From Dehalococcoidia bacterium (GTDB taxonomy: Bacteria; Chloroflexota; Dehalococcoidia; Lucifugimonadales; CATOSD01): 64,000 nucleotides of DNA. A program made the translations under genes and the position numbers. Each line of letters begins with the position of its first letter. Position 1 is the stretch's first letter. The notes under the pieces were generated by a model. It worked only from the letters and a program-made list of their open reading frames with translations. It did no database searches and was not told where the DNA came from. The stretch is from contig CBDBJK010000027.1 in assembly GCA_965206395.1 (NCBI GenBank), forward strand, positions 4,388 through 68,387, given 5' to 3'. Below are positions 1 through 10,703 of the stretch, one piece after another.

Positions 1-34
1 TCACAAGCACATCTGAAAACGAGGAGAGTGAATA

Positions 35-1099
35 GTGTCAACGCTTCTGCGTAACCCGAAGGCGCTGACTATTCTAATTATCGCCGGGCTTGTATTAGTA
101 GGCAGCCTTGCGGGTGGGGCGTTGGGAAACGAGTTCGGCGGCGGATTCTTAAGCACGCCGATAGCTCATATTCAGCTTCCCGCCGAACGTATTGCCTCCG
201 GTGAACTGTTCCTAGGCTTTCAGATTACCAATACGATGATCGCCACCTGGATTACTATCCTGGTGCTGGTGTCGATTTCCTACCTCGCTACTCGCCGCAT
301 AAAAGACGTGCCGACAGGATTTCAAAACCTCGTAGAGGTGCTAGTAGAGTTTTTCCTTGACCTGTGTGAGAGCATTGCCGGACCTGAAAAGGCCCGGCGT
401 TTTTTGCCACTCGTTATGACTATCTTCCTGTTTATTATGATCGCTAACTGGACAGGCGTTCTGCCAGGCTTCGGCACTATCGGTAGAATCGAAACGGTGG
501 AAGAGGCCATCCATCACGCCGAAAGCGAAGCGGAAAAAGACGGTGAAGAGGCTAATCTCAGCGAAATCAGGCTACAGGTCTTCGAAGGCGACGGTTCATT
601 TGGCTTTGTGGCCTTCGGGTCGCTCGAAGACGAGATTACGGCAGAGGAGTACGAGGAGCACGGGGTAGGGTCAGGTCAGCAGGCCGGTATCCTTGTCCCG
701 TTCCTTCGCAGCGCCAACACGTCGGTGAACACCACCCTGGCGATAGCCCTGGTCGCAATGGTCACAGTACACTTCTGGGGGCTTAGTGCGCTTGGAATCC
801 TCGGTCACCTTGGCAAGTATATAAACTTCAAGGACGGCCCAATCGGATTCTTCGTGGGTATCCTGGAGGCTATCGGCGAGGTTGCAAGGATCATAAGCTT
901 CACCTTCCGTCTTTTCGGGAACATCTTCGCGGGCGAGGTCTTGCTTGTGGCTATGGCGTTCTTGTTGCCAATGGTGGGCATAATCCCTTTCCTGGGACTG
1001 GAACTGTTTGTTGGCGTAATTCAGGCCTTTATTTTCGCCATGCTGACGCTCGTGTTTGCGACGCTGGCGACTATCAGCCACGGGGCGGAAGGACACTAG
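35..1099 (+). CDS. atpB: F0F1 ATP synthase subunit a (unusually long, 354 aa)
   Basis: Polytopic membrane ORF. The C-terminal half carries the subunit-a signature (FRLFGNIFAGEVLL with the conserved Arg). It is the first gene of an atpBEFHAGDC-ordered operon, with GAGGAG upstream of a GTG start. Confidence 0.9.
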   Translation: MSTLLRNPKALTILIIAGLVLVGSLAGGALGNEFGGGFLSTPIAHIQLPAERIASGELFLGFQITNTMIATWITILVLVSISYLATRRIKDVPTGFQNLVEVLVEFFLDLCESIAGPEKARRFLPLVMTIFLFIMIANWTGVLPGFGTIGRIETVEEAIHHAESEAEKDGEEANLSEIRLQVFEGDGSFGFVAFGSLEDEITAEEYEEHGVGSGQQAGILVPFLRSANTSVNTTLAIALVAMVTVHFWGLSALGILGHLGKYINFKDGPIGFFVGILEAIGEVARIISFTFRLFGNIFAGEVLLVAMAFLLPMVGIIPFLGLELFVGVIQAFIFAMLTLVFATLATISHGAEGH

Positions 1100-1146
1100 A
1101 GGCTGTCCGACTTGGCCGTACGGCTTACTTAACCAATAAATCCTAA

Positions 1147-1389
<243 letters not shown>

Positions 1390-1456
1390 TCGAAACACCA
1401 AAGTGCGTATCCATCTTCACTGCCCTTCGGGGTCGGGAGAATCTTAAGGAGAAGGC

Positions 1457-1960
1457 ATGGAGGCCTTAGGAATTAGCTTACCTGGATTAATCACCCAGTT
1501 AATCAGCTTTGTTATCCTGTTCGCGTTGCTATCAAAGCTCCTTTACAAGCCGATAATAAACGCGCTCGATCAGCGTTCCAACCGGATCAAGGAGAGCCTG
1601 GAAAGCGTCGAACGGGTTCGGGAAGAGGCCGCCCGCTCTCAAGAGGAGATGCAGCAGCAGATAACCGAGGCCCGCTCAGAAGGCCAAAATCTGATAGCCC
1701 AGGCCAGAGAAGTCGCTGACCGTTTCCGAGAGGAAGAGATTGCAAAGGCCAGAGAGGACATACGGGCTGAGAGGGTCAGGGCCGAGGCCACCATCCAGAG
1801 AGAGCGCGACGGAGCCATTGAGGAGCTACGCCGTGAATTCGCTGGACTGGCTATCACGGCAGCGGAGCGTGTAATCTCGCGCTCCCTTGATGAATCAGCC
1901 CATCGGGAATTGATAGATCAGGTCTTGGAAGAAGGATCGCAGGTCAATCGAAGCAACTAA
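1457..1960 (+). CDS. atpF: F0F1 ATP synthase subunit b
   Basis: 167 aa with a single N-terminal TM helix followed by a long charged coiled coil. It lies between atpE and atpH, with an AAGGAGAAGG SD. Confidence 0.85.
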   Translation: MEALGISLPGLITQLISFVILFALLSKLLYKPIINALDQRSNRIKESLESVERVREEAARSQEEMQQQITEARSEGQNLIAQAREVADRFREEEIAKAREDIRAERVRAEATIQRERDGAIEELRREFAGLAITAAERVISRSLDESAHRELIDQVLEEGSQVNRSN

Positions 1961-1996
1961 ACCGTTTATGAAGTTTTGTTAGCTGTTCTAAAATAA

Positions 1997-2233
1997 GAGC
2001 GCCTAACAAAACCACAATGTCATTCTGAACGAAGAGAAGAATCTAAGCGCCCCATATCGTGATGGCAAAGGCTTATCCTTTCACGGAAGGATCGTCGCAG
2101 GCTCCTCTCCGAAGAGTCGGTCCGTGGGGACGGACTACGACCTGGGTTCCTTTGAAGGAATCGGAGAGTCCGACCCAATTCCAATTAAGGAGTCGGACGG
2201 AATGACATAAGTAGGTTCTTTTGTTAGGGCCTC
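1997..2233. mobile_element. MITE-like non-coding element with IS427-like terminal repeats, flanked by TAA/TAA
   Basis: The left end GAGCGCCTAACAAAACC matches 16/17 of the IR of the IS at 39410/42578 (GAGCGTCTAACAAAACC). The right end GGTTCTTTTGTTAGGGCCTC is a diverged copy. TAA occurs at 1994-1996 and 2234-2236. Subterminal inverted repeats are ATGTCATTC and GAATGACAT. There is no ORF. An extra solo IR-like end (AGTTTTGTTAGCTGTTC-TAA) sits at 1972-1991. Confidence 0.5.
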
Positions 2234-2257
2234 TAATTCAAAATGTAGGAAGGGACT

Positions 2258-2797
2258 ATGCCAAGAGCCGCTTCGTCTAGACGGTTCGCTCAGGCAGTAT
2301 TTCAACTGGCCTTGGAAAACGATGAAGTGGACAGGTGGCTTGACGACCTGACGCTTCTAGCCGATGCCCTGGAAAACCAGGAGTTTTCGGAGTTTCTTGA
2401 CGCGCCGCAATTGTCCGTCAATCAGAAGACAGAGGTCATCAAGAGCGCCTTGGGCGATTCCGTAAGCCAACTGGCAATCAATCTGATCTCACTCCTCGCT
2501 TCCCGCAATCTCGCCCTCATTACGCCTGACATTGTGGAGCAGTACCAAAAGCTACTCGACGAACATCGCGGCATAGAGAGGGCAGAGGTCGTCTCTGCCA
2601 TTCCTCTGGACGATTCGCAGCGCCAGCAGGTGTCTGACCTCCTCCAGGGAATAGTTGGGAAAGAGGTGCGGCTGAACACGCGCGTAGAGCCTCAGATTCT
2701 GGGTGGGTTTGTTGCGCGAGTCGGAGACCGTGTTATAGACGGCAGCACCAGGACGAAGCTATATGAGATGCGACGCGGTATCGTCCAGCGACTCTAA
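2258..2797 (+). CDS. atpH: F0F1 ATP synthase subunit delta (OSCP)
   Basis: 179-aa ORF between atpF and atpA with an OSCP-like C-terminus (ILGGFVARVGDRVIDGSTRTKL). Confidence 0.85.
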   Translation: MPRAASSRRFAQAVFQLALENDEVDRWLDDLTLLADALENQEFSEFLDAPQLSVNQKTEVIKSALGDSVSQLAINLISLLASRNLALITPDIVEQYQKLLDEHRGIERAEVVSAIPLDDSQRQQVSDLLQGIVGKEVRLNTRVEPQILGGFVARVGDRVIDGSTRTKLYEMRRGIVQRL

Positions 2798-2870
2798 TTG
2801 ATTTCTATAAGTGCGCAACGTTTGCGCAATGCTTTTTGAACGTAAAACTAATATTTAGGCTGAGGCTTGG

Positions 2871-2932
2871 CCCCCTCTCTAGCTCTCCCCTCCTTCCGCG
2901 GAAGGACGGCAGGGGAAGGTTAGGATGAGGGT
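2871..2932. repeat. REP-like hairpin repeat (copy A)
   Basis: Perfect 16-nt palindrome TCCTTCCGCGGAAGGA at 2891-2906, followed by the tail GGTTAGGATGAGGGT. The same architecture recurs at 6980, 10497, 11661, 14988 and 19006. Confidence 0.5.
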
Positions 2933-2988
2933 ATCCGACACGCCAATACAACGTGAATTAAGAATCCTCAACTGAGGATTGAAACAGC

Positions 2989-4512
2989 ATGGAGGCTGAT
3001 ATGGGATCCAGGGGACAGGACATCGCTTCGGTAATCAAGCGACAGATTGAGGAGTTTGGCACTCAACTCACGATGGTGGACGTGGGAGTGGTCGTCGAAG
3101 TCGGCGACGGCGTCGCGCGAGTCCACGGGCTATCGGGAGTGGCGTACAACGAATTGCTGGAGTTCGAGGGCGGCGTCATCGGCCTGGCCCTGAACCTGGA
3201 AGAGGACAGCGTAGGCGCTGTTATCATGGGCGACCCTATTACCGTGAAAGAGGGCAGCGAGGTAAGAAGCACCGGACGCATCGTCGAAGTCCCGGTTGGC
3301 GATGCCCTTGTCGGGCGCGTTGTGGATGCTCTCGGCAGGCCCATAGATGGCAAAGGCCCCATCGCGACAGACAAGACGCGCCCCGTGGAAGTCGTCGCGC
3401 CCAACGTGGCCTCCCGCAAGTCTGTGGATACCCCTGTGCAGACCGGCATCAAGGCCATCGACGCAATGATTCCCATAGGCCGAGGGCAGCGAGAGCTAAT
3501 TATCGGCGACCGCTCCGTCGGCAAGAGCGCTATCGCAATCGACACCATTATCAATCAGAAGGGTGGCGACCTGATTTGCATCTACGTGGCTATCGGTCAG
3601 AAGATCGGAAAGGTCGCCCAACTCGTTGGACTGCTTGAGCAGCACGGGGCTATGGAACATACCATAGTCGTGGCAGCCACCGCCGCCGACGCTGCGCCGA
3701 TGCAGTACCTCGCCGCCTACTCCGGTTGTGCGATGGGCGAGGAGTTTATGAGTCAGGGCAAAGACGCCCTGATAGTGTATGACGATCTTTCCAAACACGC
3801 CTGGGCCTACCGCCAGATGTCCCTGCTGCTGCGGCGACCTCCCGGACGCGAGGCGTATCCGGGCGACCTTTTCTATCTACACAGCCGCCTGCTGGAACGC
3901 GCCGCCAAGCTCGACGATGAGCACGGCGGTGGCTCGCTGACGGCTCTGCCTGTAATCGAGACTCAGGCGGGCGACGTTTCGGCCTATGTGCCTACAAACG
4001 TTATCTCAATCACCGACGGTCAGATATATCTTGAGCCGGAACTGTTCAATGCAGGAATCCGGCCAGCCGTGAACGCGGGCCTGTCCGTCTCCCGTGTGGG
4101 AGGCTCGGCCCAAACCCGCGCGATGCGTAGCGTAGCCGGTCGATTGCGCCTGGACCTGGCGCAGTATCGCGAGCTGGTAACGTTCGCCCAGTTCGGCACC
4201 TCCGACCTGGACGCCGCCACACGTGCCCAGTTGGAACGAGGTCAGCGCGCCACTGAAGTGCTGAAGCAGAACCAGAACGTGCCTCTGTCTATGGAGCAGC
4301 AGGTGTCCATTCTGTACGCGCTTGTTAACGGCTACCTTGATGATGTCGAAATAGCCAAGGTCGTCAGCTTCGGAGACGGCTTCCGAAGCTACATGGACTC
4401 GAACCATCCCGAAATTCTCAAAAGCATCGTCGATTCCAAAGAGATAACCGGCGAAATCGAGCCGACACTGAAGACGGCTATCGAAGATTTCAAAGCTAAC
4501 GTACCTTACTAG
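2989..4512 (+). CDS. atpA: F0F1 ATP synthase subunit alpha
   Basis: Walker A GDRSVGKS and a strongly conserved alpha-subunit sequence throughout. The start could be ATG 2989 or 3001. Confidence 0.95.
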   Translation: MEADMGSRGQDIASVIKRQIEEFGTQLTMVDVGVVVEVGDGVARVHGLSGVAYNELLEFEGGVIGLALNLEEDSVGAVIMGDPITVKEGSEVRSTGRIVEVPVGDALVGRVVDALGRPIDGKGPIATDKTRPVEVVAPNVASRKSVDTPVQTGIKAIDAMIPIGRGQRELIIGDRSVGKSAIAIDTIINQKGGDLICIYVAIGQKIGKVAQLVGLLEQHGAMEHTIVVAATAADAAPMQYLAAYSGCAMGEEFMSQGKDALIVYDDLSKHAWAYRQMSLLLRRPPGREAYPGDLFYLHSRLLERAAKLDDEHGGGSLTALPVIETQAGDVSAYVPTNVISITDGQIYLEPELFNAGIRPAVNAGLSVSRVGGSAQTRAMRSVAGRLRLDLAQYRELVTFAQFGTSDLDAATRAQLERGQRATEVLKQNQNVPLSMEQQVSILYALVNGYLDDVEIAKVVSFGDGFRSYMDSNHPEILKSIVDSKEITGEIEPTLKTAIEDFKANVPY

Positions 4513-4581
4513 ATAGGGTTTGGGGTTTAGTTCCCCAACCCCTGAAACCCAACCCCTGAACCCCTTTTCCCAGGTGATAAT

Positions 4582-5442
4582 ATGCCAAGTGTAAGGCAAA
4601 TACGTCGTCGAATACGCAGTGTCGAGAACACGGCCAAGATAACCAAGGCCATGTCGATGATTGCTGCATCCAAGATGCGCCGCGCCCAGGAGTCGGCCCT
4701 TAGAGGCCGTCCCTACTCCGAGCGTATACGAGACTTGCTCGCCGACCTCGCGGCGCAGCCCCAGAACGAGGATACGCTACATCCTCTGTTGCAACGCAGG
4801 GAAACCACCAATATCCAGGTCGTAATCATCACGCCAGACCGAGGCCTGACTGGTGGCCTGAACTCGAATATCAACCGTGCGGCGGCGCGTTTCATTCTGG
4901 AGCAGAGTGCGCACGTGAACATCATCGCCGTAGGCAAAAAAGGCAGAGACTTTATGGCGCGCTCAGGCCAGGACATGAAGGCCGTATTCACCGACTTTTC
5001 CGATAGGCCCGCCCTGACAGACGTTACCCCTATCGCGCGCATAATGATAGACGATTACACCGAAGAGAGGGTTGACGCCGTCTACATCGCCTACGCCAAT
5101 TTTATAAACACAACCTCACAGCAGCCTGTCGTAGAGCAATTGCTGCCGGTAGTTCCGGTGACGCTGCGAGCGGGCGAGGCTGTAGGATACATATACGAGC
5201 CGGAAGACCTTACCGTGCTGTCTGCGTTGCTGCCCAGGTTCGTTGAGATGCAGCTATACCATGCCGTCCTTGAAAACATAGCGAGTGAGCAGTCCGCGCG
5301 CATGGTTGCCATGCGCAACGCAACGGACAGCGCAAATGAAATGGCCGAAGACCTCACGCTTGTCATGAACAAGGTGCGTCAAGAGGTAATCACCAGGGAG
5401 CTTCTGGACATAATTGGAGGCGCGGCGGCGGTCGAAGGCTAA
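4582..5442 (+). CDS. atpG: F0F1 ATP synthase subunit gamma
   Basis: The N-terminus IRRRIRSVENTAKITKAMSMIAASKMRRAQ and the C-terminus ELLDIIGGAAA are typical of gamma. Operon position agrees. Confidence 0.9.
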   Translation: MPSVRQIRRRIRSVENTAKITKAMSMIAASKMRRAQESALRGRPYSERIRDLLADLAAQPQNEDTLHPLLQRRETTNIQVVIITPDRGLTGGLNSNINRAAARFILEQSAHVNIIAVGKKGRDFMARSGQDMKAVFTDFSDRPALTDVTPIARIMIDDYTEERVDAVYIAYANFINTTSQQPVVEQLLPVVPVTLRAGEAVGYIYEPEDLTVLSALLPRFVEMQLYHAVLENIASEQSARMVAMRNATDSANEMAEDLTLVMNKVRQEVITRELLDIIGGAAAVEG

Positions 5443-5495
5443 GTTATTATTTCAAAACCGCTGAGAACGCAGAATTCGCAGAGAAATATCCTTAA

Positions 5496-6971
<1,476 letters not shown>

Positions 6972-6979
6972 CGACGCTG

Positions 6980-7068
6980 CCCCCTCCTCAATCCTCCCCC
7001 GCTGCGGCAAGGGAGGAGGTATGTTGTCCTCTCCTCCGTTATAGACGGGGGAGAATTAGAGAGGGGGC
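6980..7068. repeat. REP-like hairpin repeats (two adjacent copies, B)
   Basis: CCCTCCTCAATCCTCCC..GGGAGGAGG is followed by TCCTCTCCTCC..GGGGGAGAATTAGAGAGGGGG in the atpD-atpC spacer. This is the same hairpin-plus-G-rich-tail architecture as the other copies. Confidence 0.45.
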
Positions 7069-7088
7069 CACGCGCTTGAGGTTTTCAT

Positions 7089-7523
7089 ATGACAATACGA
7101 CTGGAAATAGTCACAGCGGAGAGACAAGTCTACTCTGAGGATGTTGACATCGTCATCGCGCCTGGGATAGACGGCGAGCTTGGCATATTGCCGCGCCACG
7201 CTCCGCTTCTCACCGTCTTGAAGCCCGGCGAGCTTCGCGTCAGGAAAGACGGAGAGGAGAGCAGCATCGCGGTAAGTGGCGGGTTCCTCGAGGTGCTTGG
7301 AAACAAGGTGACCATCCTCGCGGACACCGCCGAGCACGCTGAAGAGATTGATCTGGAGCGTGCCGAGGAAGCCTTGAGGCTGGCGCAGGAGCGTATTGAG
7401 GCCAGCCCCGCCGATATGGACCTCGAACGCGCCGTTGCATCGGTGAGAAGATCGCAGGCGCGTGTCAAAGTGGCTCGTCGCGGTAGAAGGCCCAGAGATG
7501 GAGGCGCACCACCACGGAGCTAG
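7089..7523 (+). CDS. atpC: F0F1 ATP synthase subunit epsilon
   Basis: 144 aa with an epsilon-type N-terminal beta-sandwich (VTAERQVYSEDVDIVIAPGIDGELGILPRHAPLLT). It is the last gene of the operon. Confidence 0.85.
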   Translation: MTIRLEIVTAERQVYSEDVDIVIAPGIDGELGILPRHAPLLTVLKPGELRVRKDGEESSIAVSGGFLEVLGNKVTILADTAEHAEEIDLERAEEALRLAQERIEASPADMDLERAVASVRRSQARVKVARRGRRPRDGGAPPRS

Positions 7524-7530
7524 GAAAGAA

Positions 7531-7584
7531 CTAACGCATACGAAAGGGGACGCTTGTCAAGGCGTCCCCTTTCGTATGCGTTAG
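7531..7584. terminator. Bidirectional hairpin terminator between atpC and rex
   Basis: Perfect 23-bp inverted repeat CTAACGCATACGAAAGGGGACGC / GCGTCCCCTTTCGTATGCGTTAG with an 8-nt loop. It lies between convergent genes and overlaps the rex stop codon. Confidence 0.7.
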
Positions 7585-8210
7585 TCGATCTTTCGCAGGT
7601 AGAAGGTCATCGACTGCAGCGAAAGCACGGGGTCGATGTTCCTGATGACGACGTGCATAGGCACTTGTGGAGCTATCGGGGCGTAGTTGAGAATGCCGAT
7701 GATGCCGTTTGCAATCAACTGATCAATCACTGTCTGAGCTTCAGAGGCAGGAACAGCCACAATGCCGATTGTGACGTTCTTGGTCTCGACTACTTCGGCC
7801 AATTCGGACATCGGCTGGACTCTGATTCCGCCAACCATACCTCCCACTTCAACATCGTTGCTATCAAATACGGCGACCATATTGAAGCCTTCAGGAGCGA
7901 AGCCCGGATAGTTAATGATTGCCCTTCCGAGGCGTCCCACTCCCACGAGGCAGGTGTCCCACTCACGGTTAAGCCCCAGAATCTGCCGAAGCTCTTCCAG
8001 CAGGAAATTTACGTTGTACCCTCTGCCCTGCTTGCCAAACCTACCGAAGTAGCTCAGGTCTTTTCTAATCTGGGCGGGGGTCATCTGAAGGCGATGGCCA
8101 AGCTGCTGCGAGCTAACAACATCTGTCTTTTCAGACAAAAGCTGTGTTAAAGCCCTGACATACAAGGGCAACCTGACGACGACTACTTCAGGGACTTCGG
8201 CAGAATCCAT
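7581..8210 (-). CDS. rex: Redox-sensing transcriptional repressor Rex
   Basis: An N-terminal winged helix (SSQQLGHRLQMTPAQIRKDLSYFGRFGKQGRGYNV) plus a Rossmann motif (CLVGVGRLGRAI) match the Rex architecture. Confidence 0.85.
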   Translation of the reverse strand: MDSAEVPEVVVVRLPLYVRALTQLLSEKTDVVSSQQLGHRLQMTPAQIRKDLSYFGRFGKQGRGYNVNFLLEELRQILGLNREWDTCLVGVGRLGRAIINYPGFAPEGFNMVAVFDSNDVEVGGMVGGIRVQPMSELAEVVETKNVTIGIVAVPASEAQTVIDQLIANGIIGILNYAPIAPQVPMHVVIRNIDPVLSLQSMTFYLRKID

Positions 8211-8583
8211 AATACTACTTAATCAGAGGTAACCTACGGGTGCGTATTCTAGTCATCCTATTGAAAATAGCCTGCAAACGCCAGTGTGAATCAAATGTTT
8301 TACAATGCCAAGTGTCGATATTGTACCTAGCGCCCCATAGCGGAGTCAATGGCTTGTGAATAATAGAACTACCGATATTTGGGGCCATTATCTTGTTGCG
8401 GCCCAAATTCTCATTCATAAGAATATGCCTGCCGAAAACAGATTCGTTGAAAGACGGTTGTCATCCTGATAAGATAGATGCGCAGCCAATCCGACTGGAA
8501 AGGTGAGCGTTATGATGCAACTAGATGGAGCCGCCGACAACCTCATGGGCGTGGCAGGCGGCGAGCAATGGAAACTTAGGAGA

Positions 8584-8612
8584 GCCTTCCCGACAAGGTT
8601 GGGAAGGCTTTT
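8584..8612 (+). terminator. Intrinsic-terminator-like hairpin in an orphan leader upstream of the P1 peptidase gene
   Basis: GCCTTCCC-9 nt-GGGAAGGC followed by TTTT on the + strand, 28 nt before ATG 8640. No + strand gene lies upstream (rex diverges), so it looks like an attenuator or expression platform. Confidence 0.4.
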
Positions 8613-8639
8613 GCGTTGAGTGGGAAGATTTATTAGCTT

Positions 8640-9614
8640 ATGAGCAGTATCAACGATGTCGCTGGCATCAAGGTGGGGCATTACACCGACAGGGATGCCG
8701 CCACTGGCTGTACCGTCATCCTGTGCGAGGCGGGGGCCGCTGGCGGGGTGGACGTTAGAGGCTCCGCTCCCGGCACGCGAGAGACCGACCTGCTGCGTCC
8801 CATGAATGCGATAAACGAGGTACATGCCATACTCCTGAGCGGAGGCAGCGCCTTCGGCTTGGACGCCGCTTCAGGCGTCGTTCGATACCTGGAGGAGAAT
8901 GACATCGGACTTCATCGCGGTGAGGCTACCATTCCCATCGTTCCGGCGGCCATTCTCTATGACCTTGGACTCGTCACGCACAAGGTTCGCCCCGGGCCGA
9001 CTGAAGGATATACAGCGTGCGAGAGCGCGTCCGATGGCCCTATCGCGGAGGGCAGCGTGGGCGCAGGCACGGGCGCGACGGTTTGCAAACTCCTTGGAGC
9101 AGACAATGCTTTAAAGGGTGGCATCGGGACGGTCAGCATAGACCTTGGCGATGGGCTTATCGTCGGCGCAATCGTCGCCGTGAATGCCATTGGAGGCGTC
9201 TATGACATTGACAGGGGCGAGATGATAGCAGGCCCGCGCAAGGACGACAGCGTGACGATGCACGATTCGATGGCGTTGATAACCTCGCCGGGGTTTACCA
9301 GACCAGAACGGCCCAGTCCCTCCAACACCACGATAGGCGTAGTCGCAACTAACGCTGTCCTGACCAAGGAGCAGGCGAACAAGTTGGCCTCAGTCGCTCA
9401 CGATGGCCTGGCGATGGCTGTGAGACCCGCGCATACTATGGGCGACGGCGACACGATGTTCGCACTGGCGACAGGAACTCTCGAAGAGGCTGCTGACATG
9501 AATCGTCTCTGCGCGGCGACGGCCCTATGCGTGGGCAGGGCAATCGTAAGAGGCGTTCGCAATGCCGATGGCATAGGAGGCGTACCCGGTATCAAGGAGC
9601 TTGGCAAAAGATGA
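8640..9614 (+). CDS. P1 family peptidase (DmpA/S58 L-aminopeptidase/D-esterase-like)
   Basis: The N-terminus AGIKVGHYTDRDAATGCTVILCEAGAAGGVDVRGSAPGTRETDLL and the later NTTIGVVATNA motif are characteristic of the DmpA/BapA family. Confidence 0.8.
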   Translation: MSSINDVAGIKVGHYTDRDAATGCTVILCEAGAAGGVDVRGSAPGTRETDLLRPMNAINEVHAILLSGGSAFGLDAASGVVRYLEENDIGLHRGEATIPIVPAAILYDLGLVTHKVRPGPTEGYTACESASDGPIAEGSVGAGTGATVCKLLGADNALKGGIGTVSIDLGDGLIVGAIVAVNAIGGVYDIDRGEMIAGPRKDDSVTMHDSMALITSPGFTRPERPSPSNTTIGVVATNAVLTKEQANKLASVAHDGLAMAVRPAHTMGDGDTMFALATGTLEEAADMNRLCAATALCVGRAIVRGVRNADGIGGVPGIKELGKR

Positions 9615-10510
9615 TTCGATTCAGCCGAGACTCAAAGATAGCGTTCGTGGGTTCGGGCGTCGTCGGAGGTTCTCTAGCGGTAGCGCTGTCTCAGGCGGGA
9701 TACGCCGTCGTGGCCTCCGCGAGCCGGACGTTCTCGTCAGCCCAGAAGTTAGCCGAATGGGTACCGGGATGCGTCGCTTACGAGACCATTCAGCAAGCCG
9801 CAGATGAGGTCGACTTCGTGTTCATTACGACATCGGACGATGCGATAGGCCCGGTTGCCGCCTCTATATCGTGGCGTCAGGGTCAGGGAGTGGCCCACTG
9901 TTCGGGCGCGGCGTCGCTCGATGTGCTTCAAGCTGCCGTCGATCAAGGTGCGATTGCGGGCGCGTTCCATCCGCTTCAGGCCATCTCGTCGATAGAGAAC
10001 GGCTCGAAGAGCATTCCAGGCACAACCTTCGGTATAGAGGGAAACGAGGAGATGCGGGCGTTCCTCAAGGAAACTGCGCTGGCTATCGGCGGCAACCCTA
10101 TATTTCTCAACTCTGAGGACAAGGTTCTGTACCACCTCACGGGCGTGATGATGGGAGGTCTGCTGACGACTCTGGGAGCGACTGCCGCACAACTGTGGGG
10201 GCATCTGGGCCTAACACGGGCCGACGGCGTGAAAGCCCTTATGCCGATGATGCGGCAGGTGTCTATCAACTTGGAGACATCTGGAGTGCCCGCCGCCGTA
10301 GCCGGGCCTTACGCGCGGGGCGACATTGGCACTGTGCGAAAGCACCTGGAGACGCTCAAGGCGCGCGCTCCTGAAGTGCTTCCGCTCTATTGCGAGCTTG
10401 CGCTGGTGGGGCTGCCATTCTCGGTGGAAAAGGGCACGCTGAAGTCCGAAACAGCGGACGAAATCCGCGAGCTGGTGGAGCAGTTCCGTATAGGGTCACC
10501 CTCACCTTAA
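9611..10510 (+). CDS. Rossmann-fold plus DUF2520-like protein (candidate PanG-type ketopantoate reductase)
   Basis: N-terminal dinucleotide-binding motif IAFVGSGVVGGSLA. The ATG at 9611 overlaps the upstream stop (ATGA). It lies directly upstream of panB. The ORF-track start at 9527 is an in-frame extension inside the upstream gene. Confidence 0.6.
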   Translation: MIRFSRDSKIAFVGSGVVGGSLAVALSQAGYAVVASASRTFSSAQKLAEWVPGCVAYETIQQAADEVDFVFITTSDDAIGPVAASISWRQGQGVAHCSGAASLDVLQAAVDQGAIAGAFHPLQAISSIENGSKSIPGTTFGIEGNEEMRAFLKETALAIGGNPIFLNSEDKVLYHLTGVMMGGLLTTLGATAAQLWGHLGLTRADGVKALMPMMRQVSINLETSGVPAAVAGPYARGDIGTVRKHLETLKARAPEVLPLYCELALVGLPFSVEKGTLKSETADEIRELVEQFRIGSPSP

Positions 10511-10589
10511 TCCTCTCCTGTCAAGAGAGAGGAGACACCCCTTCTCCCTCGATGGGAGAATCCTTCCGCGGAAGGAGGGATGAGGGTGT
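10497..10589. repeat. REP-like hairpin repeats (copies C1/C2)
   Basis: ACCCTCACCTTAATCC plus hairpin TCTCC..GGAGA (reverse orientation), then TTCTCCC..GGGAGAA and TCCTTCCGCGGAAGGA plus GGGATGAGGGTG (forward). The repeat supplies the last codons and the stop of the upstream gene. Confidence 0.5.
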
Positions 10590-10703
10590 CGTTCTGCGGA
10601 AAGACCATTATGACCATATTGACACCGTGCTAAAAACGTCAAGTAAGTGCGAAAACAAAGCGTAGGCCCTCACTCTTAAAGTAGACTGCGAGGAGGTACC
10701 ACA

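Noticed and set aside
4513-4570. GGGTTTGGGGTTTAG...AACCCCTGAAACCCAACCCCTGAACCCC after atpA, as a possible separate repeat family or telomere-like tract.
   Set aside because: It is a single occurrence in the window. It is best explained as an imperfect hairpin or terminator in the atpA-atpG spacer.
8284-8305. Possible Rex operator GTGTGAA-N8-TTTACAA about 80 nt upstream of rex.
   Set aside because: The half-sites resemble TTGTGAA/TTCACAA, but the spacing is 8 rather than the canonical 6 and one half-site is imperfect. That is not enough to call a site without a matrix scan.
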